The notes: a model not told the origin generated them from the letters alone. 64,000 nt of DNA from an uncultured Desulfobacterales bacterium (GCA_964428565.1 CAYRYV010000013.1:1-64000); one strand, 5' to 3'. Shown: positions 1-8,709, numbered from the stretch's first letter. A program made the numbers and translations.

Positions 1-1
1 T

Positions 2-48
2 CCGGGGGAGGGGGCAAGGGTCGTAAGACCCTTGGCCCCCTCCCCCGG
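2..48 (+). terminator. Near-perfect 19-bp-stem GC-rich hairpin followed by a T/C-rich tract; likely an intrinsic terminator of a gene upstream of the window
   Basis: CCGGGGGAGGGGGCAAGGG..CCCTTGGCCCCCTCCCCCGG inverted repeat, then tctctcttctcc. Confidence 0.35.
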
Positions 49-130
49 TCTCTCTTCTCCCGCGGCCTGGGCCCCCCGCTCCCGGGGAAGGTGAAAATCG
101 GCAAAAGTATCCGCCTGGGTAAATTATTTC

Positions 131-169
131 TTGACAGCGCCGCCGACTATATGTTATTGAGTCTCTATT
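131..169 (+). promoter_or_regulatory. fur promoter region: -35-like TTGACA (131-136) and 12-mer TGAGTCTCTATT (158-169) ending 4 nt before the fur ATG; the same 12-mer recurs at 649-660
   Basis: Exact 12/12 repeat in two adjacent promoters. No SD in front of fur, so the operator may overlap the TSS or a leaderless start. Confidence 0.4.
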
Positions 170-173
170 GCAT

Positions 174-611
174 ATGAAAACCGAAGCCGACGTCTTTAGA
201 GAATTTTTGGAAAGCAGAGGCATGCGGCCTACCCCCGAACGGCAGGCCATCCTCGCCGAAGTCTTTGCCGAACACGAGCATTTCGACGTGGAAGAGCTCA
301 TCATGCGTCTGCGCCGCAAGGGCCGGCGTCTCTCCCGGGCCTCGGTCTATCGCACCCTGTCTCTGTTGGTGGCCAGCGGCCTGGTCCAGGCGGTCTATTT
401 CGAAGATGGCCATATGCATTACGAACATGTCTACGGCCATGATCATCACTGCCACCTGCGGTGTCTGGGTTGCCGGGAGATCATCGAATTCACCAGCGAC
501 ATGGTGACCGAGGCTGAAAAACGCCTCGGACAGGACTACGATTTCCTCATCACCGGCCATCGCCTGGAGGTCTTCGGGTATTGCGCCGACTGTCGCCGGG
601 TATTGAAATAA
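174..611 (+). CDS. fur: Ferric uptake regulator family transcriptional repressor (Fur/Zur/PerR)
   Basis: N-terminal wHTH-like region and C-terminal HHCHLRCLGC...GYCADC metal sites. Alignment to E. coli Fur places the start at MKTEADV (ATG 174); the track's 168 start is TTG. Confidence 0.85.
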   Translation: MKTEADVFREFLESRGMRPTPERQAILAEVFAEHEHFDVEELIMRLRRKGRRLSRASVYRTLSLLVASGLVQAVYFEDGHMHYEHVYGHDHHCHLRCLGCREIIEFTSDMVTEAEKRLGQDYDFLITGHRLEVFGYCADCRRVLK

Positions 612-648
612 GCGGCAGCGGAAATTTTTTTTATCCATTACTTGCGAC

Positions 649-660
649 TGAGTCTCTATT
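649..660 (+). promoter_or_regulatory. Second copy of the TGAGTCTCTATT motif, upstream of the Fur-CTD paralogue
   Basis: Identical 12-mer to 158-169. Confidence 0.4.
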
Positions 661-683
661 TTAACAGCATCAGGAGAAATACC

Positions 684-1037
684 ATGGCCCGAAATTTCCC
701 GTTCCCGGCCCGCTTTCTGGAACTCCTGCAGCTCCTGCGGCCGACTCCCCCGGGGCTGGCCCGCACCGGCGCCACTCACCCAGGGGAACTCGCCGCCCCG
801 CCCCGGCCGCGGGGTGAGGCCACCTCTGACTTCCTCCCCGCCGCTGCCCTGCCCCCGGCCGGCGATGAACCCTGGGACCGGCTGCAGTGCCTGGGGTGCG
901 GCCGGATCATCGCCCTGCGGCAGGAGCGCTTGCCCCGGGACGTCCGCGCCCTGGCCCGATCCCACGACTTTCAGGACCTCGGGCATCGTCGGCTGTGGTT
1001 CGGCTTCTGCCCCCGCTGTCAGGGAAAACGGCAGTGA
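684..1037 (+). CDS. Fur-like C-terminal-domain-only protein: Pro/Ala-rich N-terminus with no DNA-binding domain, and a Fur dimerisation/metal-binding domain with CLGC...CPRC
   Basis: CLGCGRIIAL...DFQDLGHRRLWFGFCPRC aligns with Fur CLGCREIIEF...DFLITGHRLEVFGYCADC. AGGAGA SD 7 nt upstream of ATG 684. Confidence 0.6.
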   Translation: MARNFPFPARFLELLQLLRPTPPGLARTGATHPGELAAPPRPRGEATSDFLPAAALPPAGDEPWDRLQCLGCGRIIALRQERLPRDVRALARSHDFQDLGHRRLWFGFCPRCQGKRQ

Positions 1038-1113
1038 TCCGGGAGGATATTTTTTTTCGCAGATATAAGAGACTGAATCTCATTTTCTAAAACTTCTTAA
1101 GGAGGAATGTCCT

Positions 1114-1524
1114 GTGCCTGGTTTCCCCGTATGTCTTACCGACCACCGCACCCCGTCCCTCACCGGCGCCGCCGGCCCCCCGGCTTCGGTCGCCCCTCAC
1201 CCCGGCCTCGACCCGGAAGGCCCCGAAAACGGTGCGCTTGCCCCCGCGTTGTCCCGGGAACCCGCCATCCCTCTGGGATTGCTCGCCCCGGGCGAGAAGG
1301 CCGTGGTGGTGGATATCCGCGGCGGCAGACGGCCCCACGGCCCCGGTTGCTGTGGCCACGGCTCCCTCTCCCGCCTGGAGGATTTGGGACTCCGCCTGGG
1401 AAAGACCCTCGAGGTCCTCAACAACCGCGGCGCCTGCCCCCTGCTGATCAAAGTGGACGAATCGCGGCTCGCCCTCGGCCGGGGAGTAGCCATGAAAATA
1501 CTGGTGCGGAGGGTGCAGTCATGA
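1114..1524 (+). CDS. feoA: FeoA family protein, first copy, with a long Pro-rich N-terminal extension; exact start uncertain
   Basis: C-terminal ~75 aa (LAPGEKAVVVDIRGG...LGRGVAMKILV) is a FeoA/SH3-like domain. GTG 1114 lies 8 nt after AAGGAGG; alternative TTG at 1249. Confidence 0.55.
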   Translation: MPGFPVCLTDHRTPSLTGAAGPPASVAPHPGLDPEGPENGALAPALSREPAIPLGLLAPGEKAVVVDIRGGRRPHGPGCCGHGSLSRLEDLGLRLGKTLEVLNNRGACPLLIKVDESRLALGRGVAMKILVRRVQS

Positions 1525-1763
1525 ATCTGACGCAGGTGAATCTGGCCCAGTTGCCCATCGGCAAAGCCGGACGGATCGTCCGCCTGGAGGCCCAGGGGCC
1601 CCGCAAAAGACGCCTGATGGACATGGGGGTGATCGTCGGCCAGCAGGTTCAGGTGGAAAAAGTCGCGCCCCTGGGCGACCCCCTGGAGGTCATCATCAAG
1701 GATTATCGGCTCTCGCTGCGGAAAATCGAAGCCGAAAGCGTCATGGTGGAGGTGTTGCCATGA
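1521..1763 (+). CDS. feoA: FeoA family protein, second copy
   Basis: MNLTQVNLAQLPIGKAGRIVRL...IIKDYRLSLRKIEAESV. ATGA overlap with the upstream feoA and with feoB. Confidence 0.8.
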   Translation: MNLTQVNLAQLPIGKAGRIVRLEAQGPRKRRLMDMGVIVGQQVQVEKVAPLGDPLEVIIKDYRLSLRKIEAESVMVEVLP

Positions 1764-3952
1764 AGCCCGGGAGCGACACCCGTCGTCAGGCCATCACCGT
1801 GGCGGTGGCCGGCAACCCCAACTCCGGCAAGTCCACCCTGATCAATGCCGTGGCCGGCACCCGGCTGCAGGTGGGTAACTGGCCCGGCGTCACGGTGGAA
1901 AAGAAGGAAGCCCACCTCGTCCACGAGGGGCAGGACCTCCGCCTGGTGGACCTCCCCGGCACCTACAGCCTCAGCCCCTATTCCCAGGAGGAGATCGTCG
2001 CCCGGGATTACCTGGTGCAGGACCGGCCCGACGTCCTCATCGACGTCGTGGATGCCACCAACCTGGAGCGCAATCTCTATCTCACCATGCAGCTCTTGGA
2101 GTTGCAGCGGCCGGTGGTGGTGGCCCTGAACTTCTTCGACGAGGTCCGGAAAAAGGGCCTGGACATCAATATCCCGGCCCTGGAGGAGGCCCTGGGGGTG
2201 CGGGTGGTGCCCACCGTGGCCTCCCGGGGCGAAGGTTTGCAGGAGTTGCTGACCGCCGCCGTCGAGGCCGGGCAAAACGGCGGCCGCCGCCCCCCCCGGC
2301 AGTTGACCTACGGCGAGGACCTGGAACGGGCCGCCCAAAGCCTGGAGGACCGCCTGCAAAAGCGTTATCCCGGCCTGGCAGATCGGTATCCCCTGCGGTG
2401 GCTGGCCTACAAGCTCATGGAAGGCGACCCGCTGGCCCTCCAGGAGGCCAACCTGGATGCCGAGGCCGCCGCCTGGGTTGACTCGTCGGCGGCGGTCAGG
2501 CACCTGAAGAGCGGTCACGACGCGGACCTGGAAGGGTTGTTGGCCGAGGCCCGGCACGGCCTGGCGGCCGGTCTCACCCGGGAGGTGATGAAAAGACCCG
2601 GATGGACCAAGGTGGAACTCACTGAGCGCCTCGACCGCATCGTCCTCAATCGGGTCCTGGGCATCCCCATCTTCCTGGTGGCCATGTGGCTCATGTTCAA
2701 ACTCACCTTTGATCTGGGCAATCCCTTTGTCGACTGGGTGGACGGCGTCTTCAGCGGCCCCCTGACCCGCTGGACCAAAGACCTGCTCACCTTTGTCGCC
2801 GCCCCCGAGTGGTTTGTCTCCCTGGCCACCGAAGGCGTTATCGCCGGCGTCGGCACGGTCCTGACCTTCGTGCCCCTCATCTTCGCCATGATGTTCTTCA
2901 TCACCCTCCTGGAGGGCAGCGGCTACATGGCCCGGGCCGCCTTCGTCATGGATCGGGCCATGCATCTGCTGGGCCTGCACGGCAAGTCCTTCATCCCCAT
3001 GATCCTGGGTTTCGGCTGCAACGTGCCGGCCATCTATGCCACCCGCGCCCTGGACAATCCCCGGGACAAGGTGCTCACCGCCCTGCTGATCCCCCTCATG
3101 TCCTGCGGCGCCAAACTGCCGGTCTATGCCCTGTTCACCGCTCTCTTCTTTGCCGACCGCGCCGGCACCGTCATCTGGTCCTTGTACGTGCTGGGCATCG
3201 TCCTGGCCATGGTCATGGGGATCATCTTCAAGAAAACCCTGTTCCGGGGCGAGACCCCCCTGTTTGTCATGGAGTTGCCCCCTTACCGCTTTCCCACTCT
3301 GAAAAGCCTGCTGATCCACACCTGGGAGAAGGGCAAGCACTTCATCATCAAGGCGGGCACCTATATCCTGGCCGTCTCCGTACTCATGTGGTTCCTTCTC
3401 CATCTCCCCTGGGGGGTGGTGGACAAGCAGGATTCGGTGTTGGGCCGCATCGGCCAGGGGCTGGCCCCCGTCTTTCAACCCCTGGGATTCGGCCAGTGGC
3501 AGGCGGCCTCCTCCCTGGTGACCGGCTTTGTCGCCAAGGAGATCGTGGTGGCCACCATGGGGCAGATCTACGGCAAAGAGGCAGAATCGGAAGAGACGCC
3601 CTCCTTCGGCGAAGACCTCAAAGATATCGCCGTTTCCTTCGGCCAGGCCGTCATGACTGCCGGCCGCAATGTGGTCTCCACTTTCGGGGTCGCCACCCTG
3701 GCCGTCGAAGACGACGACAAGACCAAAGACTGGCGGGACGCCCTGCGGGAGCAATTCAGCCCCCTCAGCGCCCTGGCCTTCCTGGCCTTCACCCTGCTGT
3801 ACATGCCCTGTATGGTGACCGCCGTGGCCTATAAGCAGGAATTCGGCACCTGGAAATGGTTCGGGCTGGCCACCGGCTACGGCCTGCTCCTCGCCTGGCT
3901 GGTGGCCCTGATCATCTACCAGGGCGGCGCCCTCTTGGGATTAGGAGGTTAA
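1760..3952 (+). CDS. feoB: Ferrous iron transport protein B
   Basis: N-terminal G-domain GNPNSGKSTL, C-terminal polytopic membrane domain, 730 aa, translationally coupled to feoA. Confidence 0.95.
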   Translation: MKPGSDTRRQAITVAVAGNPNSGKSTLINAVAGTRLQVGNWPGVTVEKKEAHLVHEGQDLRLVDLPGTYSLSPYSQEEIVARDYLVQDRPDVLIDVVDATNLERNLYLTMQLLELQRPVVVALNFFDEVRKKGLDINIPALEEALGVRVVPTVASRGEGLQELLTAAVEAGQNGGRRPPRQLTYGEDLERAAQSLEDRLQKRYPGLADRYPLRWLAYKLMEGDPLALQEANLDAEAAAWVDSSAAVRHLKSGHDADLEGLLAEARHGLAAGLTREVMKRPGWTKVELTERLDRIVLNRVLGIPIFLVAMWLMFKLTFDLGNPFVDWVDGVFSGPLTRWTKDLLTFVAAPEWFVSLATEGVIAGVGTVLTFVPLIFAMMFFITLLEGSGYMARAAFVMDRAMHLLGLHGKSFIPMILGFGCNVPAIYATRALDNPRDKVLTALLIPLMSCGAKLPVYALFTALFFADRAGTVIWSLYVLGIVLAMVMGIIFKKTLFRGETPLFVMELPPYRFPTLKSLLIHTWEKGKHFIIKAGTYILAVSVLMWFLLHLPWGVVDKQDSVLGRIGQGLAPVFQPLGFGQWQAASSLVTGFVAKEIVVATMGQIYGKEAESEETPSFGEDLKDIAVSFGQAVMTAGRNVVSTFGVATLAVEDDDKTKDWRDALREQFSPLSALAFLAFTLLYMPCMVTAVAYKQEFGTWKWFGLATGYGLLLAWLVALIIYQGGALLGLGG

Positions 3953-3958
3953 CCCATC

Positions 3959-4099
3959 ATGATCGATACCTTGTTGGCCGGCGCCATCATCATCGGCGCC
4001 CTCTATCTGCTCTACCGCTCCCTCTGGAAAAAGCGGGGCTATTGCCCGGGATGCGCTTCCCCAACCTGCCCGGTAAAACGGGAAACGACAAACACCTGA
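3959..4099 (+). CDS. FeoB-associated Cys-rich small membrane protein (46 aa); not in the ORF track
   Basis: MIDTLLAGAIIIGALYLLYRSLWKKRGYCPGCASPTCPVKRETTNT: one TM helix plus a CxGCxxxxC tail; AGGAGG 10 nt upstream; directly after feoB. Confidence 0.7.
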   Translation: MIDTLLAGAIIIGALYLLYRSLWKKRGYCPGCASPTCPVKRETTNT

Positions 4100-4295
4100 T
4101 TCAGCCTGGACGAATTAGGCGCCTGCGACAAGGAGGATAAAAAGGAGGATAAATCGGAAAACCAGGTGGATGCAGTAAGGTTTTGGGATCCGGTGCCTGC
4201 AGGTGCATCCTGCCCATCCCTGAATATGGCTGGAGAGCCGGCAGCCGTGCCGTTCATCAGACTCAGGCAGCGACAAAACACAAGGAGGAAACGTC

Positions 4296-5042
4296 ATGAA
4301 AAGGTTGTTAATGGTGACCATCGCTGGTGTTTTCCTGATTATGACTTTCAGCCTGGCGGGAGCGGCTCAGGTTATAGTGGACGCCCCGAGTACGATAACT
4401 GTGGATGGCGTCCCCTACACCCTCGTGAGCCCGGCACCCGACTACAGCGGCCTCATGTGGGAGGAGATTCCCGTCGGGAAAGCCTGTCTGTGCAAGATGT
4501 CGGCCTTCCGGGCCCTGCAGGCGTTGGGAACCTTCCTCTCCCTCAGCGAATTCTCCAGCGCCCAGCTAAGTATCGTCACCGGCTGGAACACCCATGGTCC
4601 CGAAGAACTGTTCGTGGATAGCCTGACCTGGGTGAAGGGGACAAATTTCGCCTACGCTGATCCCATAACCTCAGGCTCTCTGTTGACCCTGGCGGACGCC
4701 TGGTACGAATTCACATATTCGGGGGTCATCTACAGGGTTGCCCATGATTCTTTCAATTACCGCTTTGCGCACGTTGAGACTCATGCCGGCTATCACCCGG
4801 ATTGGGATTTCTTCGACTACCGGCTCTTTATTCAAACCACCGGCGGCTCGACACCTGAAAAGGATTATTTCAGCAGTGTCATCAGACCGCAGATTGTCGC
4901 CAATTTCAGGGGCGAAACTTGGTTCGAGGTGAACGCGGTGCCGATTCCCGGTGCGGTCTGGCTGCTTGGTACGGGTATCATGGGGTTGGCTGCCAGGCGC
5001 TGGAGGATGGCCCGCCGCGATCAAAACGGTAGCTCGACCTGA
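4296..5042 (+). CDS. Secreted protein with a C-terminal PEP-CTERM-type sorting signal (exosortase substrate), in a lower-GC islet
   Basis: N-terminal signal peptide; C-terminus VPIPGAVWLLGTGIMGLAARRWRMARR (VPxP + TM + Arg cluster); good SD AAGGAGG. Confidence 0.7.
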   Translation: MKRLLMVTIAGVFLIMTFSLAGAAQVIVDAPSTITVDGVPYTLVSPAPDYSGLMWEEIPVGKACLCKMSAFRALQALGTFLSLSEFSSAQLSIVTGWNTHGPEELFVDSLTWVKGTNFAYADPITSGSLLTLADAWYEFTYSGVIYRVAHDSFNYRFAHVETHAGYHPDWDFFDYRLFIQTTGGSTPEKDYFSSVIRPQIVANFRGETWFEVNAVPIPGAVWLLGTGIMGLAARRWRMARRDQNGSST

Positions 5043-5093
5043 CGGGGATGGTAAACGGATAACCCCGCCCAGCAAGCACACAGGAGACTCGCC

Positions 5094-5300
5094 ATGGTGA
5101 AAATGGCTCTGAATTTACTGGCCCTGGAGCAGGAGATTAAAAACCTCCGGAACTATATGAATCAACTGCGCCGGGACTCTCGGTCTGGTGACGCCGGTCC
5201 GGTGACCAGCCACCTCCAGGACCGTTTGGACCTCATGGACGCCCACCTGCGCGCCGCCCTGACGGCATGGCCGCAACTAAGCCTGGACTCGCCGGTGTAA
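5094..5300 (+). CDS. Small helical hypothetical protein (68 aa); paralogue of the next gene
   Basis: SD AGGAG; shares the L-E-x-[ED]-[IV]-[KR]-x-L and HL-x-D-x-LD-x-x-D/H-x-HL pattern with 5390-5599. Confidence 0.4.
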   Translation: MVKMALNLLALEQEIKNLRNYMNQLRRDSRSGDAGPVTSHLQDRLDLMDAHLRAALTAWPQLSLDSPV

Positions 5301-5389
5301 TCCGGCTGCCGCGGCGGAATAGGCCGTCCTCGGGCTCGGCCCACCCGCCCCCTGTTCATTAACCTCACTATATTCGGGAGGAACCGCGC

Positions 5390-5599
5390 ATGGGAAGACT
5401 CATCGATGACCTGCTGCACCTGGAGGCGGACGTCAGACACCTCCATGAAGACGTGGAACACATGGAAAAAGACCTGTCGGGACTCGAACAGACCCTGAAC
5501 GTCAGGGATCTCGGCGATCACCTGCGTGATTTGGACCAGCACCTCCATGATGTCCTGAGCCACGTGGGCCATATCCGGATGGAAACGGAAACCAAGTAA
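5390..5599 (+). CDS. Small His-rich helical hypothetical protein (69 aa)
   Basis: SD GGGAGG; HLHEDVEHMEKD and HLRDLDQHLHDVLSH motifs; paralogous to 5094-5300. Confidence 0.4.
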   Translation: MGRLIDDLLHLEADVRHLHEDVEHMEKDLSGLEQTLNVRDLGDHLRDLDQHLHDVLSHVGHIRMETETK

Positions 5600-5673
5600 A
5601 ACAGCTCTCCGGAGCCGGCGTTGTCTCGGCATGGAGCCGCCGGCTCCGGGAGCATGTGGTAAAAGGTGATGCA

Positions 5674-6897
5674 ATGCCGGTTTTTACCAGAATAAGACGT
5701 CCCCTGGCGACCCTGGAGCAGTTTCTTTGTCCTTTGATCGGCACCTGTCTGACCCTCAGGGAACTCCAGAAAATCGCCCGGCGGTTTAAATATGAGGGGG
5801 AGTCCACTCCCTATAACCTCCATACCTGGTTGATCAGGGCTTGTAAAAACTCGCCCCCCGTCGCCAAGTACGTGCAGAAATTCCTCAGCGACAAATATCG
5901 CCCCATCATGCGGCGGCTGGACGAATTCGAGGGCGAGGCCTTGCTCCCCGCCTGGGAAGAGGCGGTGCGGGAAGGTCAGGTGGCCGGAGCCTTCTGGGCT
6001 CTGCTCACCCGCCTGGATGTCCCCGACGCCGTCATTGAGCAGGTCTTCGGGGAGGTCCACATGATGTCCCACCTGCAGGCGTCCGAGGTCCGCACCGAAC
6101 TCCAGGCCTTTGACGCCCTGCGCCGGGACCGCGACCAGTTGGCCCGGCGCCTTCACAAGACCAGGAGCAATCTGGAAGACCAGCGGTCCCGGAGAGAGGA
6201 ACTGCGTCGCCGCCTGGTCCACCGGGAAACCGAAGTCCGGCAGCTCCGGCGTCAACTAACCCAGACAGACAAGGTCCTGCAAAGCTATCAAGATGCCGGG
6301 GTCCTCACCCGCCTGGAGACGGAAAACCAGACGCTGCACCGGGAAAATAAGGACCTGCGGGCCCGCCTGTCCCAGGAACGCCTCCTCCGGGAGAAGCTCG
6401 ACCAGCGCCTGGCGCGCCTGCAGGAGAGGGCCCAGCAGCGGCGCTCCCGCATTCCGACGCCCGCTCCCCGGGGGTGTCCGCACCTCTGTCCCCGGACTCT
6501 GGCCGCGGCTTGTCCCCTGGGGCCTGAAGCTCAGTGCCCCGGCTTGTGTAATAAAAACATCCTGTTAGTGGGGGGATTGGAGAAACTGGTGCCCTTTTAC
6601 CGGGGTGTGGTGGAAGGCGACTTCGGCGCCTGCTTTCTCCGCCATGACGGCGACTTCCATCAGGGACAATCCTGTCTCGCCGGGCTGGTCAAAAAGGCCC
6701 ACGCCGTCATCTGCCCCATCGGCGTCAATAGTCACGACGCCTGCCTGTGCGCCAAGAAGCTTTGCAAGAGGCTGAACAAACCCTGTGTCATGTTGCCCAC
6801 GGCCGGTCTGGGAGTCCTGAAGCAGACCCTCCAACAACTGGCGGACAAAGAAGCCGCCCGGGGGGATACTGGGCCGGATCTGCCCCCGATCCAATGA
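5674..6897 (+). CDS. Coiled-coil protein with a C-terminal DUF2325-like Cys-containing domain
   Basis: Long Arg/Glu-rich coiled-coil in the middle; C-terminal ILLVGG...CPIGVNSHDA...CK pattern typical of DUF2325; ATG 5674 after AAAGGTGA. Confidence 0.5.
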   Translation: MPVFTRIRRPLATLEQFLCPLIGTCLTLRELQKIARRFKYEGESTPYNLHTWLIRACKNSPPVAKYVQKFLSDKYRPIMRRLDEFEGEALLPAWEEAVREGQVAGAFWALLTRLDVPDAVIEQVFGEVHMMSHLQASEVRTELQAFDALRRDRDQLARRLHKTRSNLEDQRSRREELRRRLVHRETEVRQLRRQLTQTDKVLQSYQDAGVLTRLETENQTLHRENKDLRARLSQERLLREKLDQRLARLQERAQQRRSRIPTPAPRGCPHLCPRTLAAACPLGPEAQCPGLCNKNILLVGGLEKLVPFYRGVVEGDFGACFLRHDGDFHQGQSCLAGLVKKAHAVICPIGVNSHDACLCAKKLCKRLNKPCVMLPTAGLGVLKQTLQQLADKEAARGDTGPDLPPIQ

Positions 6898-6965
6898 GCG
6901 TTGCCGCGGCGCACCCCTTGCCGGCGCCTGTAAACGATAATCCTTACAACCTCGAGAGGTGAAAC

Positions 6966-7334
6966 ATGTCGAATGCCTTCAGACTGTATCTAAGAGTCAT
7001 GGACGGTCACTTGCAGATAGTTCCCTGGGGGAACCTCACTGATAGCGGCGTGGACCAGATTTTGGGTGCGGCCCAGGCCGGACTGCGGGTCTTTCCGGTG
7101 ATCGTGGTGGACCTGCACGACGCCCGGGACCTCCCGGAGGACGCCCTGGCCCGGCTGGAAGCGGGCCTGCGGCAATTGGTGGCCGCGAGAGGCCTGGTTT
7201 TGGGGCTCGAGCCGCAAAAATGGACCCTGCAGACGGCGCCCCCGCACTCCTGCCAGTGCCAGGGAGACTGCCGTAATTGCCCCTGTAAATCCCACGCCGA
7301 CCCGGAATCCCGGAAGCAGGCGGAAAACGCCTGA
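6966..7334 (+). CDS. Hypothetical protein with a C-terminal Cys-rich tail (SCQCQGDCRNCPCKSH)
   Basis: SD GAGAGGTGA; 122-aa ORF with coding-like composition. Confidence 0.45.
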   Translation: MSNAFRLYLRVMDGHLQIVPWGNLTDSGVDQILGAAQAGLRVFPVIVVDLHDARDLPEDALARLEAGLRQLVAARGLVLGLEPQKWTLQTAPPHSCQCQGDCRNCPCKSHADPESRKQAENA

Positions 7335-7420
7335 CCGCCGGGGACCGCCTCCAGGTCCGCCCTCGGGAAGTGTGCCGTTTCCGTATCCGGCTTTATGCCA
7401 TCAAACTATGAGGAGGAAGA

Positions 7421-7627
7421 ATGCCGGCCTATCGCTACCAGTGCGTCCATTGTCAGGCGCGGGAAACCCGGATCGGCGGACTGGACGACCATCTGGCCGT
7501 CTGCGCCTCCTGCCGCCATGTGATGCTGCGTCTGGATCTGGATCTGTTCGCTCCCTATTTTTCACCCTCATCGGCCGGGTGCCCGTCGCACCGGAAACCT
7601 GACCTCATACTGTCGACAAGGAGATAA
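7421..7627 (+). CDS. FmdB-family zinc-ribbon putative regulatory protein
   Basis: MPAYRYQCVHCQ...AVCASC (CxxC...CxxC) typical of FmdB/CxxC_CxxC_SSSS; strong SD GAGGAGGAAG. Confidence 0.55.
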   Translation: MPAYRYQCVHCQARETRIGGLDDHLAVCASCRHVMLRLDLDLFAPYFSPSSAGCPSHRKPDLILSTRR

Positions 7628-7632
7628 TTCGG

Positions 7633-8685
7633 ATGAACACCCTGAGTCGGAGTTTTGCCTTGATCTGCGCCTTTATCCTGCTGATATCGTCTGCCGCGGG
7701 CGTCGCCGCCCAGGAAGGGGACGCCCGGGCCCCGGAGCCGCCTGCCGCCGCTCAGGCCCCGGCCTGCCCCCCGGCCGAGGATGAGTGCCCCGCCACCTTC
7801 GGGCCCATCATCACCGATACCGCTGTCCCCATTGAAAAAGGACAATTCGCCGTGCAGCCCACCTTCGGCCTGAGCTTCGTCACCAACACCTTCAGCCCTA
7901 GCTGGCGGCGGGTGTCGGCCGGCGGCGATTTTACGTCCTTCTCCATGGACTACAAGTTCACCTACGGCCTGCTCAACGACCTGGAGGTCTTTGTGGTGGT
8001 CCCCTACATCCACAACTGGGCCGCCAGAGTTGATGCCCCGGGCCCCAACGGCGAGCGCTCCGCCAATTTCGGCGGTATCGGCGACCTCAACCTCACCCTG
8101 AAATACCGGCTGCTGGAAGAAAGCCCCGTCTTGCCCACCGTGACCGCCCTCTTCGCCACCGATTTCCCCACCGGCCATTATCGGCATGTGAATCCCGGCC
8201 GTCTGGGCGCCGACGTCCTGGGAGGCGGCTCGTACGTCTTCACCACCGGCTTGAACTTCTCCAAGTATATTAAACCATTCATCTTCTACGCCAACATCTG
8301 GTATTCCATGGGCACCGACTACACCATCAAGGAGGATCGCTCCGCCTTCTTCTGGGATGACGAAGGCGAACTGGCGGAGACCGACCCCGTCCCCACCAAC
8401 GTCCGCCAGCACCCCCGGGATTTCGTCACCCTCAATCTGGCCGCCGAATATCCCCTGAGCCGGAAGTGGGTCGCCCTGCTGGAACTCACCAGCCGTTGGG
8501 ACGCCGGCCGGCTGATCGGCCATAAGAGCAACGTGCCGCCCGGGGCTTTGCTCTCGGTGCTGCCGGGCATCGAGTATATGGCCACGGACAAGTTCTCCCT
8601 GGCCCTGGGGGTGAACGTCGATCTTTTCGGCAAACACACCGACGTCACCGTGACCCCCCTGTTGTCCATGGTATATGCCTTTTAA
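7633..8685 (+). CDS. Outer-membrane beta-barrel protein, possibly transporter/MetA-pathway family
   Basis: Signal peptide, alternating amphipathic beta-strand pattern, C-terminal ...MVYAF with terminal Phe; SD AAGGAGA. Confidence 0.55.
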   Translation: MNTLSRSFALICAFILLISSAAGVAAQEGDARAPEPPAAAQAPACPPAEDECPATFGPIITDTAVPIEKGQFAVQPTFGLSFVTNTFSPSWRRVSAGGDFTSFSMDYKFTYGLLNDLEVFVVVPYIHNWAARVDAPGPNGERSANFGGIGDLNLTLKYRLLEESPVLPTVTALFATDFPTGHYRHVNPGRLGADVLGGGSYVFTTGLNFSKYIKPFIFYANIWYSMGTDYTIKEDRSAFFWDDEGELAETDPVPTNVRQHPRDFVTLNLAAEYPLSRKWVALLELTSRWDAGRLIGHKSNVPPGALLSVLPGIEYMATDKFSLALGVNVDLFGKHTDVTVTPLLSMVYAF

Positions 8686-8709
8686 TCGTCCCGAAAGGAG
8701 GACCATCCT

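Noticed and set aside
165-986. 273-aa minus-strand ORF antisense to fur and the Fur paralogue
   Set aside because: Antisense to a recognisable Fur gene; low-complexity translation; high-GC artefact.
1703-3754. 683-aa minus-strand ORF (plus ORFs 2809-3834, 2515-2904, 3568-3804) overlapping feoB
   Set aside because: Opposite-strand or out-of-frame ORFs inside a clearly coding feoB. Gly/Pro/Arg/His-rich translations are typical of high-GC artefacts, and none has an SD.
5518-6255. 245-aa minus-strand ORF overlapping the DUF2325 gene
   Set aside because: Antisense to a plus-strand gene that has an SD and coiled-coil periodicity; no SD or domain of its own.
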